A stretch of 64,000 nt of DNA from a virus, in the IMG/VR virus record IMGVR_UViG_3300034072_000373, positions 1-64,000 of that record. One strand, written 5' to 3'. Of this stretch, positions 7,804 through 18,401 are shown one piece after another. The position numbers were made by a program, and so were the translations under genes. Below the pieces are notes generated by a model. That model was not told where the DNA came from, ran no database searches, and saw only the letters and a list, made by a program, of their open reading frames with translations. Every line of letters starts with the position of its first letter. The first letter of the stretch is position 1.

Positions 7804-8193
7804 ATGGCTTCGCAAGACCCATATGATCTGTCGAACGATTATAATACTCCCCTCTCTCCTGAGAAGGAAAAAGCTTTTCAGGAGTGGGCAGCTAAAGCTA
7901 ATCGTTTAGGTGATCTAAGAGATTACGATCTGAGAGGTGCTTTTCTCAATCAAGAGAAGGAAGCATCCAACGGACATCTTCCCGACACCTATAAGAAACC
8001 TAATCATCCCACATTCTCTGATGAATCTCAGTATGCCAAGGATGGTTGGGTAGGCGGTTCTTGGAAAGAGAATCCTGAAACCAAGCGCTGGAGTTTCACG
8101 CCTAGTGGGACAAATTTGTTTTGGAGAAAACCGGAGGCATTACAGCAATACTTCAAAGAGTATGAGCCTGATGCTGATCTGATTTTGAATTAG
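7804..8193 (+). CDS. Conserved phage hypothetical protein (DYDLRG..GHLPDTYKKPNHPTFS)
   Basis: GAGGT RBS; motif-rich 129 aa. Confidence 0.75.
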   Translation: MASQDPYDLSNDYNTPLSPEKEKAFQEWAAKANRLGDLRDYDLRGAFLNQEKEASNGHLPDTYKKPNHPTFSDESQYAKDGWVGGSWKENPETKRWSFTPSGTNLFWRKPEALQQYFKEYEPDADLILN

Positions 8194-8199
8194 GGTTTA

Positions 8200-8235
8200 A
8201 GGGGGACAGGTAAAAGGCAGAAAACCCTGTCCCCC
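8200..8235. other. GC-rich hairpin upstream of the small terminase
   Basis: GGGGGACAGG/CCTGTCCCCC inverted repeat with no clear U-tract. Confidence 0.5.
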
Positions 8236-8292
8236 ACAATCTGTCGATGAACCCAACCACATCGAACCAATCGTGTATGACGGGATACTGAA

Positions 8293-8982
8293 GTGATTAC
8301 AAGTGAAGAAGTTGCACTGGCCTTGCCAGCAAATTTGAAATCAGTGGCTACGCAGGAAATTGCTGATTATATCAACAATATCTCTGGTGATCCTCTCATT
8401 GCAGAGCAAATCCGAAACAACTTTGTCTCGTATGCTTCAGTGATGAAGGAAGGTAAGCACAGCACCAAACAATATATGGAAGCTGTCACCTATGCCACGT
8501 TCAAGCTGATGAACTATACCAACAATGAGGCGTATGCTCGGACATTCCCTCAGCGCTATCAGTCAATGGTAGCGAACGGTAAAACTCCGAAAGAAATAAG
8601 CTCATTCGTCCATGCCTACAATAAGGGCAAGCTGGTCAACCAGATTATGGAGCAAACTCTTGTTCCTATGTGGGTTTTGAATCAGCCCTATTTCCAAGAG
8701 GCTATTCTCACGCAGGTTGATCTGATGAGGAACTCTGGCTCGGATAAGGTGAGAAGTGACGCAGCCAATTCACTGCTGACTCATCTGGCTAAGCCAAAGG
8801 ATACGGCTCCCTTGGTTCAGATTGATATGCGTGACACTGGACTGAATGCCATGAAGGAACAGATTCTTCTCTTGGCTCAGGCACAACGTGGAGCAATCGA
8901 GAATGGAACCACGGCAAGGGATATTGCCGCTACTCCACTCTTTCCAAAGGAATCGGAGGTAATTGAGAATGGCGCTGATTAA
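8293..8982 (+). CDS. terS: Terminase small subunit (N4 gp69-like)
   Basis: ALPANLK..AYARTFPQRY..YNKGKLVN..SDKVRSDAANSLLTHL is typical of N4 gp69 homologues; directly upstream of terL. Confidence 0.8.
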   Translation: MITSEEVALALPANLKSVATQEIADYINNISGDPLIAEQIRNNFVSYASVMKEGKHSTKQYMEAVTYATFKLMNYTNNEAYARTFPQRYQSMVANGKTPKEISSFVHAYNKGKLVNQIMEQTLVPMWVLNQPYFQEAILTQVDLMRNSGSDKVRSDAANSLLTHLAKPKDTAPLVQIDMRDTGLNAMKEQILLLAQAQRGAIENGTTARDIAATPLFPKESEVIENGAD

Positions 8983-10555
8983 ACAAGAGCTAGATGAATG
9001 GCTGGATCAAGTTAGTTATGAGCATCTGAATAGCACAGACTATATTCCATCTGAGTTAGCTTTGGAGTTCATGAACTTCATTAAGCTGGTCAATGGTAAC
9101 GAGGGGGAAGCTAATAAGACTCCCCCAATGCACCTTGCTATGATGGATAAGCTGGCTGATCCTGTTTCATATCTGGTGAATCTATGTTTCCGTGGTGCAG
9201 CTAAGACTACAGTGTTTGGGGAATACTTCTTCCCATTCCTAGCATTCAGAGAAGAGCTTCCTCATCTGGGTAAGGTCGAGGGTGCTATCTATATTTCTGA
9301 CTCAATGGAAAACGGTGTTAAGTCTCTCCGTAAAAACCTTGAGCATAGATATGAGCAGTCTGATTTCCTGAAGGAATGGATGGAGATTGAATTCACCGAT
9401 CCATACATTGTCTTCAAAAATAAGAATGGTCATAAGCTGGGGCTTCGACTCTTTGGTGCGAAGACTGGTCTTCGAGGCACCAAGATTTTCGGTAAGCGTC
9501 CAACTGTCGCTGTGCTCGATGACTTGATCGGTGATGGTGATGCGAACAGTCAGGCTTCAATGCAGGCAATTCGTAACACTGTTTATCGTGGTCTAAATCC
9601 AGCACTTGATCCAACAAAGAGAAAGGTGATCTTCAACGGGACTCCTTTCAATAAGCAGGATATTATCATTTCTGCTGTGGAATCAGGTGTTTGGAATGTG
9701 AACGTCTGGCCTGTGTGTGAGAAATTCCCTTGCTCTGAAGAAGAGTTCAGGGGTGCATGGCCTGATCGTTTCACGCACGAAAAGCTGATGGAACAGTATG
9801 AACTAGCTGTAGGTAACGGCGAAGTTGCTGCATTCATGCAGGAATTTATGCTGCGTATTACCTCTGAAGAGGAACGGTTGGTTCAGGAAGGGGAGATTCA
9901 ATACTATGATCGTGGGAATCTTCTGAGGAATGAAGGCAACTTCAATTTCTATATCACCACTGACTTTGCCACTTCAGAGAAGCAGAGTGCTGACTACTCA
10001 GTTATCTCTGTGTGGGCATACTCAGCTAATGGTGACTGGTTCTGGGTGGATGGTGTCTGCCAGCGAATGACTATGGATAAGAGTGTTGACCATCTATTTA
10101 GATTGGTGAGCCAATACCATCCTCAACAGGTTGGTGTTGAAATCACTGGTCAACAGGGTGGTTTTATCCAATGGCTCCAGAGAGAGATGATTATCCGAAA
10201 CATTTGGTTTAACTTTGCATCTTCAGCAAAGTCAGGTGAACCCGGTATTCGTCCACTGGTGTCTAAGCTGGCACGATTCAATCTCGTGGTTCCATGGTTC
10301 AAGGCAAAGAAGTTCTATTGGCCAGAGGAAATGAAAGCCTCTGAGATTATGGGAATGTTCCTTGGACAAATCCGTCTAGCCACCTTTAGTGCATTGAAGG
10401 GCAAGGACGATTGTATTGATACAATCTCCCAATTAGCGTATTTGAATCCATGGAAGCCTTCAGAATCTGCTCCGGCCACTCCACATGAATTATCTGTTTG
10501 GGATAGGGCGAGAATGGATTCTGAATCCGCTGCACTCTCTTCCTACATCGTTTAA
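8969..10555 (+). CDS. terL: Terminase large subunit (N4 gp68-like)
   Basis: FRGAAKTT Walker A, AVLDD Walker B, NGTPF, TTDFATS..DYS and DDCID RNase H-like nuclease motifs; GGAGGT RBS. Confidence 0.95.
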   Translation: MALIKQELDEWLDQVSYEHLNSTDYIPSELALEFMNFIKLVNGNEGEANKTPPMHLAMMDKLADPVSYLVNLCFRGAAKTTVFGEYFFPFLAFREELPHLGKVEGAIYISDSMENGVKSLRKNLEHRYEQSDFLKEWMEIEFTDPYIVFKNKNGHKLGLRLFGAKTGLRGTKIFGKRPTVAVLDDLIGDGDANSQASMQAIRNTVYRGLNPALDPTKRKVIFNGTPFNKQDIIISAVESGVWNVNVWPVCEKFPCSEEEFRGAWPDRFTHEKLMEQYELAVGNGEVAAFMQEFMLRITSEEERLVQEGEIQYYDRGNLLRNEGNFNFYITTDFATSEKQSADYSVISVWAYSANGDWFWVDGVCQRMTMDKSVDHLFRLVSQYHPQQVGVEITGQQGGFIQWLQREMIIRNIWFNFASSAKSGEPGIRPLVSKLARFNLVVPWFKAKKFYWPEEMKASEIMGMFLGQIRLATFSALKGKDDCIDTISQLAYLNPWKPSESAPATPHELSVWDRARMDSESAALSSYIV

Positions 10556-10565
10556 GGAATTAAGT

Positions 10566-11255
10566 ATGATTCTGGAAGATGTGTTTACTCTCTTGGCTCA
10601 TGGGGAACTACAGAATCTCTCCATGGCTAAGGGGGGAGGTATCATTGAAGAGAAGCAGCCTGTAATCGTTACTCATATTAACGATGCACTAATGCGTCTC
10701 TATTCTCGATTTGTGATTAAGGAGAATGAACTTCTCCTTGAGTGCTACGAGAATGTCACCCAATATTATTTGAAGATTGAGCACACTAAGTCTCAGGGTG
10801 ATCTACTTCAGTATATCATTGATACAGAAGAGAATCCTTTCATAGAGGATGTTATCAAGGTTCTTGGAGTAACCTCCAATTACCGTGGTCCTGCTGCAAT
10901 CAATGATCCTGATGTATGTTGGAATATCAGGACTCCTCAACCTCAGATGGTTCAGGTTCCTAGTCCAATTGCTGGTGAATCTCTCTCTGTTACCTATCAG
11001 GCATCCCATCCAGTTCTCCATGTCGATGACATGTGTGAAGCTGAAGTGGAGTTGCCTCCTGTCCTCATGAAAGCACTGACCTCATATGTGGCCGGTAAAA
11101 TCTATGGGGATATGAATGGTCAGGAGAATATGGTTAAGTCTCAAGAGCAGATGTCAGTCTTTGAAGGTATCTGTGCTGAAGCCATTGACCGTGATCTAGT
11201 CAATACAAGCTCTTCGTCCACTAACACTAAGTTTCATCAGAGAGGTTGGGTATGA
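10566..11255 (+). CDS. Head-tail adaptor (N4 gp67-like)
   Basis: LAHGELQNL..INDALMRLYSRF..YQASH..LPP..ALTSYVA..NTKFHQRGWV; synteny. Confidence 0.8.
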   Translation: MILEDVFTLLAHGELQNLSMAKGGGIIEEKQPVIVTHINDALMRLYSRFVIKENELLLECYENVTQYYLKIEHTKSQGDLLQYIIDTEENPFIEDVIKVLGVTSNYRGPAAINDPDVCWNIRTPQPQMVQVPSPIAGESLSVTYQASHPVLHVDDMCEAEVELPPVLMKALTSYVAGKIYGDMNGQENMVKSQEQMSVFEGICAEAIDRDLVNTSSSSTNTKFHQRGWV

Positions 11256-11689
11256 ACCACTATTCGTCTTCGTTTAATCCCTTTGGTTCCAATAAGGCCA
11301 TTCTGGTCGATAAGATGATTGGTTCAGCATATGATGTAGTAAAACTTGTTGCCATGAATCTCGCTGAGATTCTCTATGTGGCTCAGAATCTGGATACTAT
11401 TCAGGAGACACTTCAGAACATCCGTAAGGAACGTGTGATTAATATGTCACTGGTTCCTTCGAGTGGTGTGATGATTGTCCCTCTTCCAGCGGATATTCAG
11501 GTTGCTGATATCAGCTACTTCACTGTCCAGATTAAGACCACGACTGGTGATCTCTACACTCCCGATAGCGGATACTTCAAAATCCGTATCGTGAATGATG
11601 CTCTGGAAATCACTGTTGATCCAGCAGCTAGTGCTGCTTTTGTTGGTGCTACCTTCCTCTGGAGCATTGTCTTTAGGGAGGGGCTATAA
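11252..11689 (+). CDS. Short N4 gp66-like appendage anchor protein
   Basis: N-terminal LVDKMIGSAYDVVKLV..NL motif; position after gp67. Confidence 0.6.
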   Translation: MNHYSSSFNPFGSNKAILVDKMIGSAYDVVKLVAMNLAEILYVAQNLDTIQETLQNIRKERVINMSLVPSSGVMIVPLPADIQVADISYFTVQIKTTTGDLYTPDSGYFKIRIVNDALEITVDPAASAAFVGATFLWSIVFREGL

Positions 11690-12099
11690 TGGATGTGATC
11701 CCTCGTAAAACTCTGGAAGCCTCACCCCAAGTGTTGGAATTCGACACTTTAGTGGTGGGGCATAATTCCGGGGCAAAGTATGTGACGGTATCCAATACTG
11801 GTAATCGTCCCATCAAGATTAAGGCCATCAGGAAAGCTGGGGATATCAATATCTCCAACAATGCTCCTGCTGTCCTACGTCCCGGACAGTCATTCCAAAT
11901 TACTGTCTACTTTGTCCCATCAACTGAAGGGGCAAGGAGAGCCTCAATCTATATCGACACTGACAATGCTGTTGGCATTGAATATGTCTCGATCACTGGA
12001 TTTGGTTATCTGGACGGTGTTGAAGCACTAACCCTTAAAGCATTTGCTGAGGAACTCGTTGCTATTAAAGCTCGACTCACAGCACTGGAAAATGGTTAA
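11689..12099 (+). CDS. Ig-like (ASH/choice-of-anchor-D-like) protein with a C-terminal coiled coil
   Basis: SPQVLEF..VTVSNTGNRPIKI..LRPGQSFQITVYFVPS..G.RRASIYI is a typical ASH pattern. Confidence 0.7.
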   Translation: MDVIPRKTLEASPQVLEFDTLVVGHNSGAKYVTVSNTGNRPIKIKAIRKAGDINISNNAPAVLRPGQSFQITVYFVPSTEGARRASIYIDTDNAVGIEYVSITGFGYLDGVEALTLKAFAEELVAIKARLTALENG

Positions 12100-12110
12100 G
12101 GAGAAGTGTT

Positions 12111-12449
12111 GTGACCACATCTGTAGAAGTGCAGCTTGCGCGTATGGAAGAACGAATGGAAATCATCCTCGCTGATTTAGCTGAAGCTAAGGAGCGTAGG
12201 AGAGAGCAATACGTCTGGAATGAAACCATCAAAGGTTCATTGGCTGTTTTGAATGGTCGTCTTGCTAACGTAGAAAGCAGCATGTCTGAGGCTAAACCAA
12301 CTCTAGCTGAATTCACCAGAATGAAGCATGAAGTGAATGGCGCAGGTAAGTTGGGTAAATGGGTGTGGGCAATTGCTGGTGCAGTAATCGGTGCCATTGC
12401 TACATCAAGAGGATTCATTTTGCATATGTTAGGATACAATCCATCATGA
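12111..12449 (+). CDS. Holin/antiholin-like protein (coiled coil plus C-terminal TM)
   Basis: LARMEER coiled coil, then GAGKLGKWVWAIAGAVIGAI TM; upstream of the endolysin. Confidence 0.6.
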   Translation: MTTSVEVQLARMEERMEIILADLAEAKERRREQYVWNETIKGSLAVLNGRLANVESSMSEAKPTLAEFTRMKHEVNGAGKLGKWVWAIAGAVIGAIATSRGFILHMLGYNPS

Positions 12450-13015
12450 CCGATCTACTAACTGTGAAGGTGGCAGCAGAACTCATTGAGCATGAGGCCA
12501 TCGTTCTGGAAAGTTATTACGATAATGCCAATCCCCCAAGGCTAACTTGGGGGATCGGTGTAACTGATGCCTCTGGCCATAAGGTTGGACGGTATAAGGA
12601 TAATCCCCAGACGATTCAGCGTGTGCTTGAAATTTATCTCTGGCTCCTGAGAACTGTCTATGTTCCTGATGTCCTCAAGGCTTTTCAGGGTTACAATCTC
12701 ACTGAAGCTGAATTCGGTGCTGCTCTCTCATTCCACTATAATACTGGTGCAATCCTAAAGACGGATTGGGTTAAGCTGGTTAAAGCTGGGAAGCGTAAGG
12801 AAGCACGGGAATTTCTAGAGACTCACTATCTTAATGGTGGTTCTCTCACTAAGCGTCGTAAGCTGGAGGCTTCACTCTTCTTCGATGGACGTTGGACTAC
12901 GGATTTCCGTGCCACTGTCTTCAGTGTGAAGAAGCCAAGCTATACTCCTAATTGGAGCAGTGCTAAGACGGTCGATATTCTCGAACCTCTGAAGAAGGCT
13001 ATGCTTGCAAAATGA
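12446..13015 (+). CDS. Endolysin, GH24 lysozyme family
   Basis: HEAIVLESYYD..LTWGIG (catalytic E..D..T), AALSFHYNTG, LTKRRKLEASLF. Start refined to ATG 12446. Confidence 0.88.
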   Translation: MTDLLTVKVAAELIEHEAIVLESYYDNANPPRLTWGIGVTDASGHKVGRYKDNPQTIQRVLEIYLWLLRTVYVPDVLKAFQGYNLTEAEFGAALSFHYNTGAILKTDWVKLVKAGKRKEAREFLETHYLNGGSLTKRRKLEASLFFDGRWTTDFRATVFSVKKPSYTPNWSSAKTVDILEPLKKAMLAK

Positions 13016-13272
13016 ATAAGCTTCTAGGCGCACTGAAAAGTGCTGATGGTGATTATGAAATTCAGCGAACTCTCGGTGCGCTTGGAACCATCACATATAT
13101 TGTCACAGTCCCTCTCCTGATCTGGCTCGATAAGATTACAGTAACTCTCACTGAATTCTGTTTAGCCTACCCATCAGGATTGGGTGCTTGTGTTTTGACC
13201 ACTGCTGGTTCTATCGCCCTAAAGGATAGACAGATTGCTAAGGCAAAGAAGGAGGAACTACCCGGTGGCTGA
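13012..13272 (+). CDS. Putative two-TM holin
   Basis: Two hydrophobic segments and a basic C-terminal tail; follows the endolysin. Confidence 0.55.
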   Translation: MNKLLGALKSADGDYEIQRTLGALGTITYIVTVPLLIWLDKITVTLTEFCLAYPSGLGACVLTTAGSIALKDRQIAKAKKEELPGG

Positions 13273-15562
13273 ACCAGAATCATCAGGGTTTCGACCAACA
13301 GAGAGTCAATCTCAGAAGCTGACAGAGTGGGAGAATGAACCCTCTCTGTTGGACCTGAAGAGTGATTTCGATGTGTCGAAAGATACTCACAATAAGCAGA
13401 TGGTGAAGATTGACCACTGGAACGATCTTATGTTCGTTCGTGGTAGGGCTAAACCTAATGCACCAAAGAATCGCTCTCAGGTGCAGCCAAAGCTCATTCG
13501 TCGTCAGGCTGAATGGCGTTACTCTGCACTGACTGAACCATTCCTTGGTTCAAATAAGCTGTTCAAGGTTTCTCCAGTTACATGGGAAGACGAAGAGGCA
13601 GCAAAGCAGAATGAGCTACTTCTGAACCATCAGTTCAGAGTAAAGCTGAATCGTGTCAAATTCATTGACGATTTCGTCCGTTCTACGGTCGATGAAGGGA
13701 CTGCCATTCTTCGGTATGGTTGGCTCCGTAATGTCACGACTGTTAAGGAAACAGTTCCTACCTTCCAGCATTTTGCAATGACTACGGAAGAAGAGGCACA
13801 GGCTCTACAGCAGGCACTCCAACTTCGCGAAGAGAATCCCAGAGGATATGAAGATCAGGTTCCTCCTGAACTGAAAGCTGCTGTCGATTATTTTGATCAG
13901 ACTCAGCAGCCTACTGTTGCTGTCCAGAATGGTGTGCAGGAAATTGATGTAGAGAAGATTCTACAGAATGAGCCTACTGTTGAAGTGCTCAATCCTAAGA
14001 ATGTGTATCTTGATCCCACCTGCAATGGGGACATGAATAAAGCACTGTTTACGGTTGTTGCTTTTGAAACCAACAAGGCTGAATTGCTGAAGAATCCAGA
14101 AACCTACAAGAATCTTGATAAGGTCAACTGGTCTACCAACACTCCAATTTCGGATGCTGAATATGAAACCCAGACACCAAATGTCTTCGAGTTCAAAGAC
14201 GACTTGCGTAAGAAAGTCGTGGCGTATGAATATTGGGGATTCTACGACATTCACGGTAACGGTGAACTTGTTCCCATTGTCGCTACGTGGATTGGTGACA
14301 CCATCATTCGACTGGAAGAAAGTCCCTTCTCAAATAAGAAGCTTCCTTTCATCGTGGTTCCCTACCTCCCCGTTAAGCGTGAGCTATACGGTGAACCAGA
14401 TGCCGAACTCCTAGAAGATAACCAGAAGATTCAGGGTGCCCTAACTCGCGGTATCATTGATCTCTTGGGTCGATCTGCCAATAGCCAGATTGGTTTGGCT
14501 AAGGGTCTATTGGACCCTATGAATCGCAATCGGTATGATCGTGGTGAGGATTATGAATTTAATCCCAGCATGAATCCTACTTCCCATATTATTGAGCATA
14601 AATACCCTGAACTACCTCAGTCAGCTATGATTATGCTGAACTCTCAGAACCAAGAAGCTGAAGCACTGACTGGTGTGAAGAGCTTTGGTGGAGGTATGTC
14701 AGGTGAAGCTTATGGTGAAGTTGCTGCCGGTATTCGTGGTGTTCTGGATGCTGCTTCCAAGCGGGAAATGGCGATTCTCCGTAGGCTTGCTAAAGGCGTT
14801 ACTGAATTGGGTCAGGCAATCATTTCGATGAATGCCGATTTCCTGTCTGAACAGGAAGTGATTCGTGTAACCAATACTCAGTTTGCTGTAATCAAACGTG
14901 AAGAGATTCAGGGTCAGTTTGATCTTGAAGTGGATATCTCCACGGCAGAAGTCGATAATCAGAAGTCTCAAGATTTGAGCTTCATGCTTCAGACCATTGG
15001 TAACTCAATGGACTTTGGTATGACCAAGATCATTCTGTCTGAAATTGCTGAACTGAAGCGTATGCCTGCCTTGGCTTATACGATTAAGACATTTGAGCCA
15101 CAGCCTTCACCTGCACAACAGCGTCTAGAAGAACTGGCTATTCAGAAGGCTGAACTGGAGAATGAAGAACTCCAGTCACAGATTGAACTGAATAGGGCTA
15201 AAGCTCGTCAGGCAGAAGCTCAGGCTGATAAGACTGATCTTGATTATGTTGAGCAGGAAACTGGCACAACTCATGCCAGAAACATGCAGAAGCAGAAAGC
15301 TCAGAGCGAAGGTAATCAGAATCTACAGGTTACTAAGGCTCTCACTACTCCAAAGAAGGAAGGTGAAGCCAAGCCTGACATTGATGCTGCTGTTGGTTTC
15401 AACGAACTAAGTAAGCGTCTAAGTAACGATGGTATCCCTGATCGTGTTGACAACAGTTTTGAAAGGGACCAACAAGCAGAAAGTGATCCAAGGTTTAGCA
15501 TCTATAGTAGGTTCTATCAGCCAAGCCTTGATCCAGCGTCTAACCCAAATATGAGTATTTAA
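13265..15562 (+). CDS. Portal protein (N4 gp59-like)
   Basis: [48 protein letters not shown]; GTG start with a GGAGG RBS. Confidence 0.95.
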   Translation: MAEPESSGFRPTESQSQKLTEWENEPSLLDLKSDFDVSKDTHNKQMVKIDHWNDLMFVRGRAKPNAPKNRSQVQPKLIRRQAEWRYSALTEPFLGSNKLFKVSPVTWEDEEAAKQNELLLNHQFRVKLNRVKFIDDFVRSTVDEGTAILRYGWLRNVTTVKETVPTFQHFAMTTEEEAQALQQALQLREENPRGYEDQVPPELKAAVDYFDQTQQPTVAVQNGVQEIDVEKILQNEPTVEVLNPKNVYLDPTCNGDMNKALFTVVAFETNKAELLKNPETYKNLDKVNWSTNTPISDAEYETQTPNVFEFKDDLRKKVVAYEYWGFYDIHGNGELVPIVATWIGDTIIRLEESPFSNKKLPFIVVPYLPVKRELYGEPDAELLEDNQKIQGALTRGIIDLLGRSANSQIGLAKGLLDPMNRNRYDRGEDYEFNPSMNPTSHIIEHKYPELPQSAMIMLNSQNQEAEALTGVKSFGGGMSGEAYGEVAAGIRGVLDAASKREMAILRRLAKGVTELGQAIISMNADFLSEQEVIRVTNTQFAVIKREEIQGQFDLEVDISTAEVDNQKSQDLSFMLQTIGNSMDFGMTKIILSEIAELKRMPALAYTIKTFEPQPSPAQQRLEELAIQKAELENEELQSQIELNRAKARQAEAQADKTDLDYVEQETGTTHARNMQKQKAQSEGNQNLQVTKALTTPKKEGEAKPDIDAAVGFNELSKRLSNDGIPDRVDNSFERDQQAESDPRFSIYSRFYQPSLDPASNPNMSI

Positions 15563-15563
15563 G

Positions 15564-15893
15564 ATGTCCCGACTAATTGAACTAGAAATGCAGAAGCGTG
15601 GTCTTGAAGAGCGTCTTGCGTATAAGGACAAGTTTGATCGTCTTTTCGCAAATCCCGATTTTCAGGACGTGGTTCAGAAGCTGTTCTGTGAACAGGAAGC
15701 ACTGGCTTATCTTGGCCGATATGTTGATTCCAATCTCAGTGACGATGCTCGTGCTGAAGGTCTGGAAATGGCAAAGGCAGCAGCAAGTCTGAAGCTTTGG
15801 TTCCAGATTCAGGGTCAGCTACTGGATCGGACCCCCGGTGATCTCCAGAAGGTCAAAGATGAAATTGAATGGACTCGTCAGGAAGGGAATTAA
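15564..15893 (+). CDS. N4 gp58-like protein
   Basis: RLFANPDFQDVV..F..EA pattern; lies between portal and scaffold. Confidence 0.75.
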   Translation: MSRLIELEMQKRGLEERLAYKDKFDRLFANPDFQDVVQKLFCEQEALAYLGRYVDSNLSDDARAEGLEMAKAAASLKLWFQIQGQLLDRTPGDLQKVKDEIEWTRQEGN

Positions 15894-15897
15894 TTAA

Positions 15898-17094
15898 ATG
15901 AGTGGTATGACCCAGCAGACCTCGGATACTCTTTCGAGCATGTCTGATGAGGACTTCCTAAAGGCTCTTCCATCAGCGGTGGAAGAGTCTACTCAGACGG
16001 AAGAATCTTCACAGCAGGCTCCAGCAGAGGAACAGACTGAGGAAGTCGAAACCCAGACTGAAGTTCAGACGCCTACTGAGGAATCTCAGGAACAGGCGGA
16101 AGAACAGCCTGAAGAGAAGGTTGAAGGTGAAGAAGCACCTACTCCTGATGAACAGGTTCAGACTGAAGAACAGCCTCAGCAGCAGCCAAAGGTTGAAGAA
16201 CCTAATGCTCTGAAGGAAGGGGAAGAAGCCCCTAAGCAGGAAGAACAGCCTAAACCAGAGGCTAAATCACCTACTGATCTTCAGGCTTTCCATGATAAGA
16301 TTCTGGCTCCATTCAAAGCGAATGGTAAAATGCTTCAGGCAAAGGATGCCGATGAAGCAATTCAGCTTATGCAGATGGGTGCTAACTACACCCGTAAGAT
16401 GCAGGAACTTCAGCCAGCCCGTAAGACCATTATGCTCCTAGAAAAGCACGGTCTTCTGGATGAAGAAAAGTTGTCCTATCTGATTGATCTTCACGAGAAG
16501 AATCCAGAGGCAATTAAAAAGTTGGTTCAAGAGTCTGGTATTGAACCAATGGATATTGATCCAAATGAAAAATCAAACTATGTAAGTGCTAATCATCAAC
16601 TCTCTAACGAGGAATTTGCGTTCAGAGCCGCTGTTGAGGAAGTATCTACTTCGACCAACGGGCATGAGACGATCAAAGCTGTTAGTGGTTGGGATCAGAC
16701 TAGCCAAGACTTCATCTGGGAAAACCCAAGCGTTCTATCAATTATTCACGAACAAAAAGAGAGCGGTGTTTACGATCTCATTGTTGCTGAAGTTGATCGA
16801 CGCAAGACCATGGGTCAAATCCCAGTTAACGCTCCATTTATCGCTGCTTACGAAACTGTAGGTAAGGAAATGGCTGAAGCAGAATTGGCAGCTAAGAAGG
16901 TGACAGAGCAGCCCAATGTGGTTGTTGAACCTAAACCAGTAGTAGCCACTACTGTTGCAGCCCCTAAGCCAACAGCCGCTAATGGTGATAAGGCTAAAGC
17001 CGCAAGTCCAACCAGAACCAATGGAGCCAAGGCTCCTGTAGTCGATTTCTCCAAGCTTTCAGATGATGAATTCTTGAAGACATTCAAAGCATAA
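15898..17094 (+). CDS. Scaffold-like protein (N4 gp57-like, often annotated tape measure)
   Basis: Acidic N-terminus; PFKANGK..IQLMQMGANYTRKMQ; immediately before the major capsid gene. Confidence 0.85.
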   Translation: MSGMTQQTSDTLSSMSDEDFLKALPSAVEESTQTEESSQQAPAEEQTEEVETQTEVQTPTEESQEQAEEQPEEKVEGEEAPTPDEQVQTEEQPQQQPKVEEPNALKEGEEAPKQEEQPKPEAKSPTDLQAFHDKILAPFKANGKMLQAKDADEAIQLMQMGANYTRKMQELQPARKTIMLLEKHGLLDEEKLSYLIDLHEKNPEAIKKLVQESGIEPMDIDPNEKSNYVSANHQLSNEEFAFRAAVEEVSTSTNGHETIKAVSGWDQTSQDFIWENPSVLSIIHEQKESGVYDLIVAEVDRRKTMGQIPVNAPFIAAYETVGKEMAEAELAAKKVTEQPNVVVEPKPVVATTVAAPKPTAANGDKAKAASPTRTNGAKAPVVDFSKLSDDEFLKTFKA

Positions 17095-17106
17095 GGATCG
17101 TAATTC

Positions 17107-18318
17107 ATGCTAAATTATAACGCCCCTATTGATGGTGCTAAGTCCACCATCGACAATGCTCCCGGCAATAGCTCGGATCAGATGAACAGCTACCACTGGC
17201 TGCGTAAGAGCATCATCACTGCTCGTAAGCTTCAGTTCTTCACGCCTCTGGCTCGCACTGAGAATATGCCAAAGAACTATGGTAAGACCATGAAGCTCTA
17301 TGAGTATGTTCCCATTCTCGATGACCGCAACGTCAACGATCAGGGTATTGATGCTGCTGGTGCTACCATTGCCAATGGTAATCTGTATGGCTCAAGCAAG
17401 GATATCGGCACCATTACTGCCAAGCTCCCTGTCCTTCAGGAAGGTGGCGGTCGAGTGAACCGTGTTGGCTTTACTCGTATCCAGCGTGAAGGTTCGCTAG
17501 TTGAATTCGGTGAATTCTATGAATTCACTAAGGATTCGCTGATGTTCGATTCAGACCCTGAGCTTATGAGCCATCTGAGCCGTGAACTGGTGAACTCAGC
17601 CGTTCAGATTTCAGAAGCTGTTCTACAGCGTGATATTCTGGCCGCTGCTGGTGTTACCGTGTTTGCTGGTGCAGCTACCTCAAACGGCACTGTGACTGCT
17701 GAAGGTGCAACTCCTTCAATCGTGGATCATGATGATCTGGTTCGTCTGGATCAGATTCTGACTGATAACCGGACCCCAATGCAGACCACTGTTATCAGCG
17801 GTTCGCTCTACACTGATACCCGCACCATTCCTGCTGCTCGTATCATGTTTGTTGGTTCCGAACTGGTCCCAATGCTGAAGAAGATGCAGGACTCATTCGG
17901 TAATCCTGCCTTCATTGCAGTCCAGCACTACACTGATGCTGGCACCGCTCTGAATGGTGAGATTGGCTGCATTGACAGCTTCCGTCTGATTCAGGTTCCT
18001 GAAATGCTGCATTGGGCTGGTGTCGGTGCAACTGTAGGCACCAATCCCGGTTATCGTGCATCGAATGTCGGTAACGGTAATCGTTACAACGTCTATCCAA
18101 TGGTCGTTGTGGGTGAGGACAGCTTTGCCACTATCGGTTTCCAGACCGATGGTAAGTCAGCGAAGATGAACGTCCTGACCAAGATGCCCGGTCGTGAAAC
18201 TGCTGATCGCAATGATCCATACGGTAAGACTGGTTTCAGTTCTATCTCTTGGTTCTATGGCTTCCTTGCCAAGCGTCCAGAACGTATCGGTCTGATCAAG
18301 ACTGTTGCACCCATCTAA
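17107..18318 (+). CDS. Major capsid protein (N4 gp56 family)
   Basis: [59 protein letters not shown]. Confidence 0.97.
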   Translation: MLNYNAPIDGAKSTIDNAPGNSSDQMNSYHWLRKSIITARKLQFFTPLARTENMPKNYGKTMKLYEYVPILDDRNVNDQGIDAAGATIANGNLYGSSKDIGTITAKLPVLQEGGGRVNRVGFTRIQREGSLVEFGEFYEFTKDSLMFDSDPELMSHLSRELVNSAVQISEAVLQRDILAAAGVTVFAGAATSNGTVTAEGATPSIVDHDDLVRLDQILTDNRTPMQTTVISGSLYTDTRTIPAARIMFVGSELVPMLKKMQDSFGNPAFIAVQHYTDAGTALNGEIGCIDSFRLIQVPEMLHWAGVGATVGTNPGYRASNVGNGNRYNVYPMVVVGEDSFATIGFQTDGKSAKMNVLTKMPGRETADRNDPYGKTGFSSISWFYGFLAKRPERIGLIKTVAPI

Positions 18319-18342
18319 TAGATGGTGCTAACTCCACAAAAG

Positions 18343-18376
18343 AGGGAGGGGGATTAACTTCCTCCTCCCTTTTTTT
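18343..18376 (+). terminator. Terminator after the major capsid gene
   Basis: AGGGAGG/CCTCCCT stem followed by a T run. Confidence 0.85.
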
Positions 18377-18401
18377 ATTCCCTACATAAAGGTGTGTTAT
18401 C

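Noticed and set aside
15429-15554. 41-codon +1-frame ORF in the portal C-terminus ([13 protein letters not shown]...)
   Set aside because: No convincing RBS; cannot be separated from a shadow ORF.
18307-18328. Hairpin over the capsid stop codon as a read-through or frameshift signal
   Set aside because: Tandem TAA-TAG stops, no slippery site, and a terminator follows.
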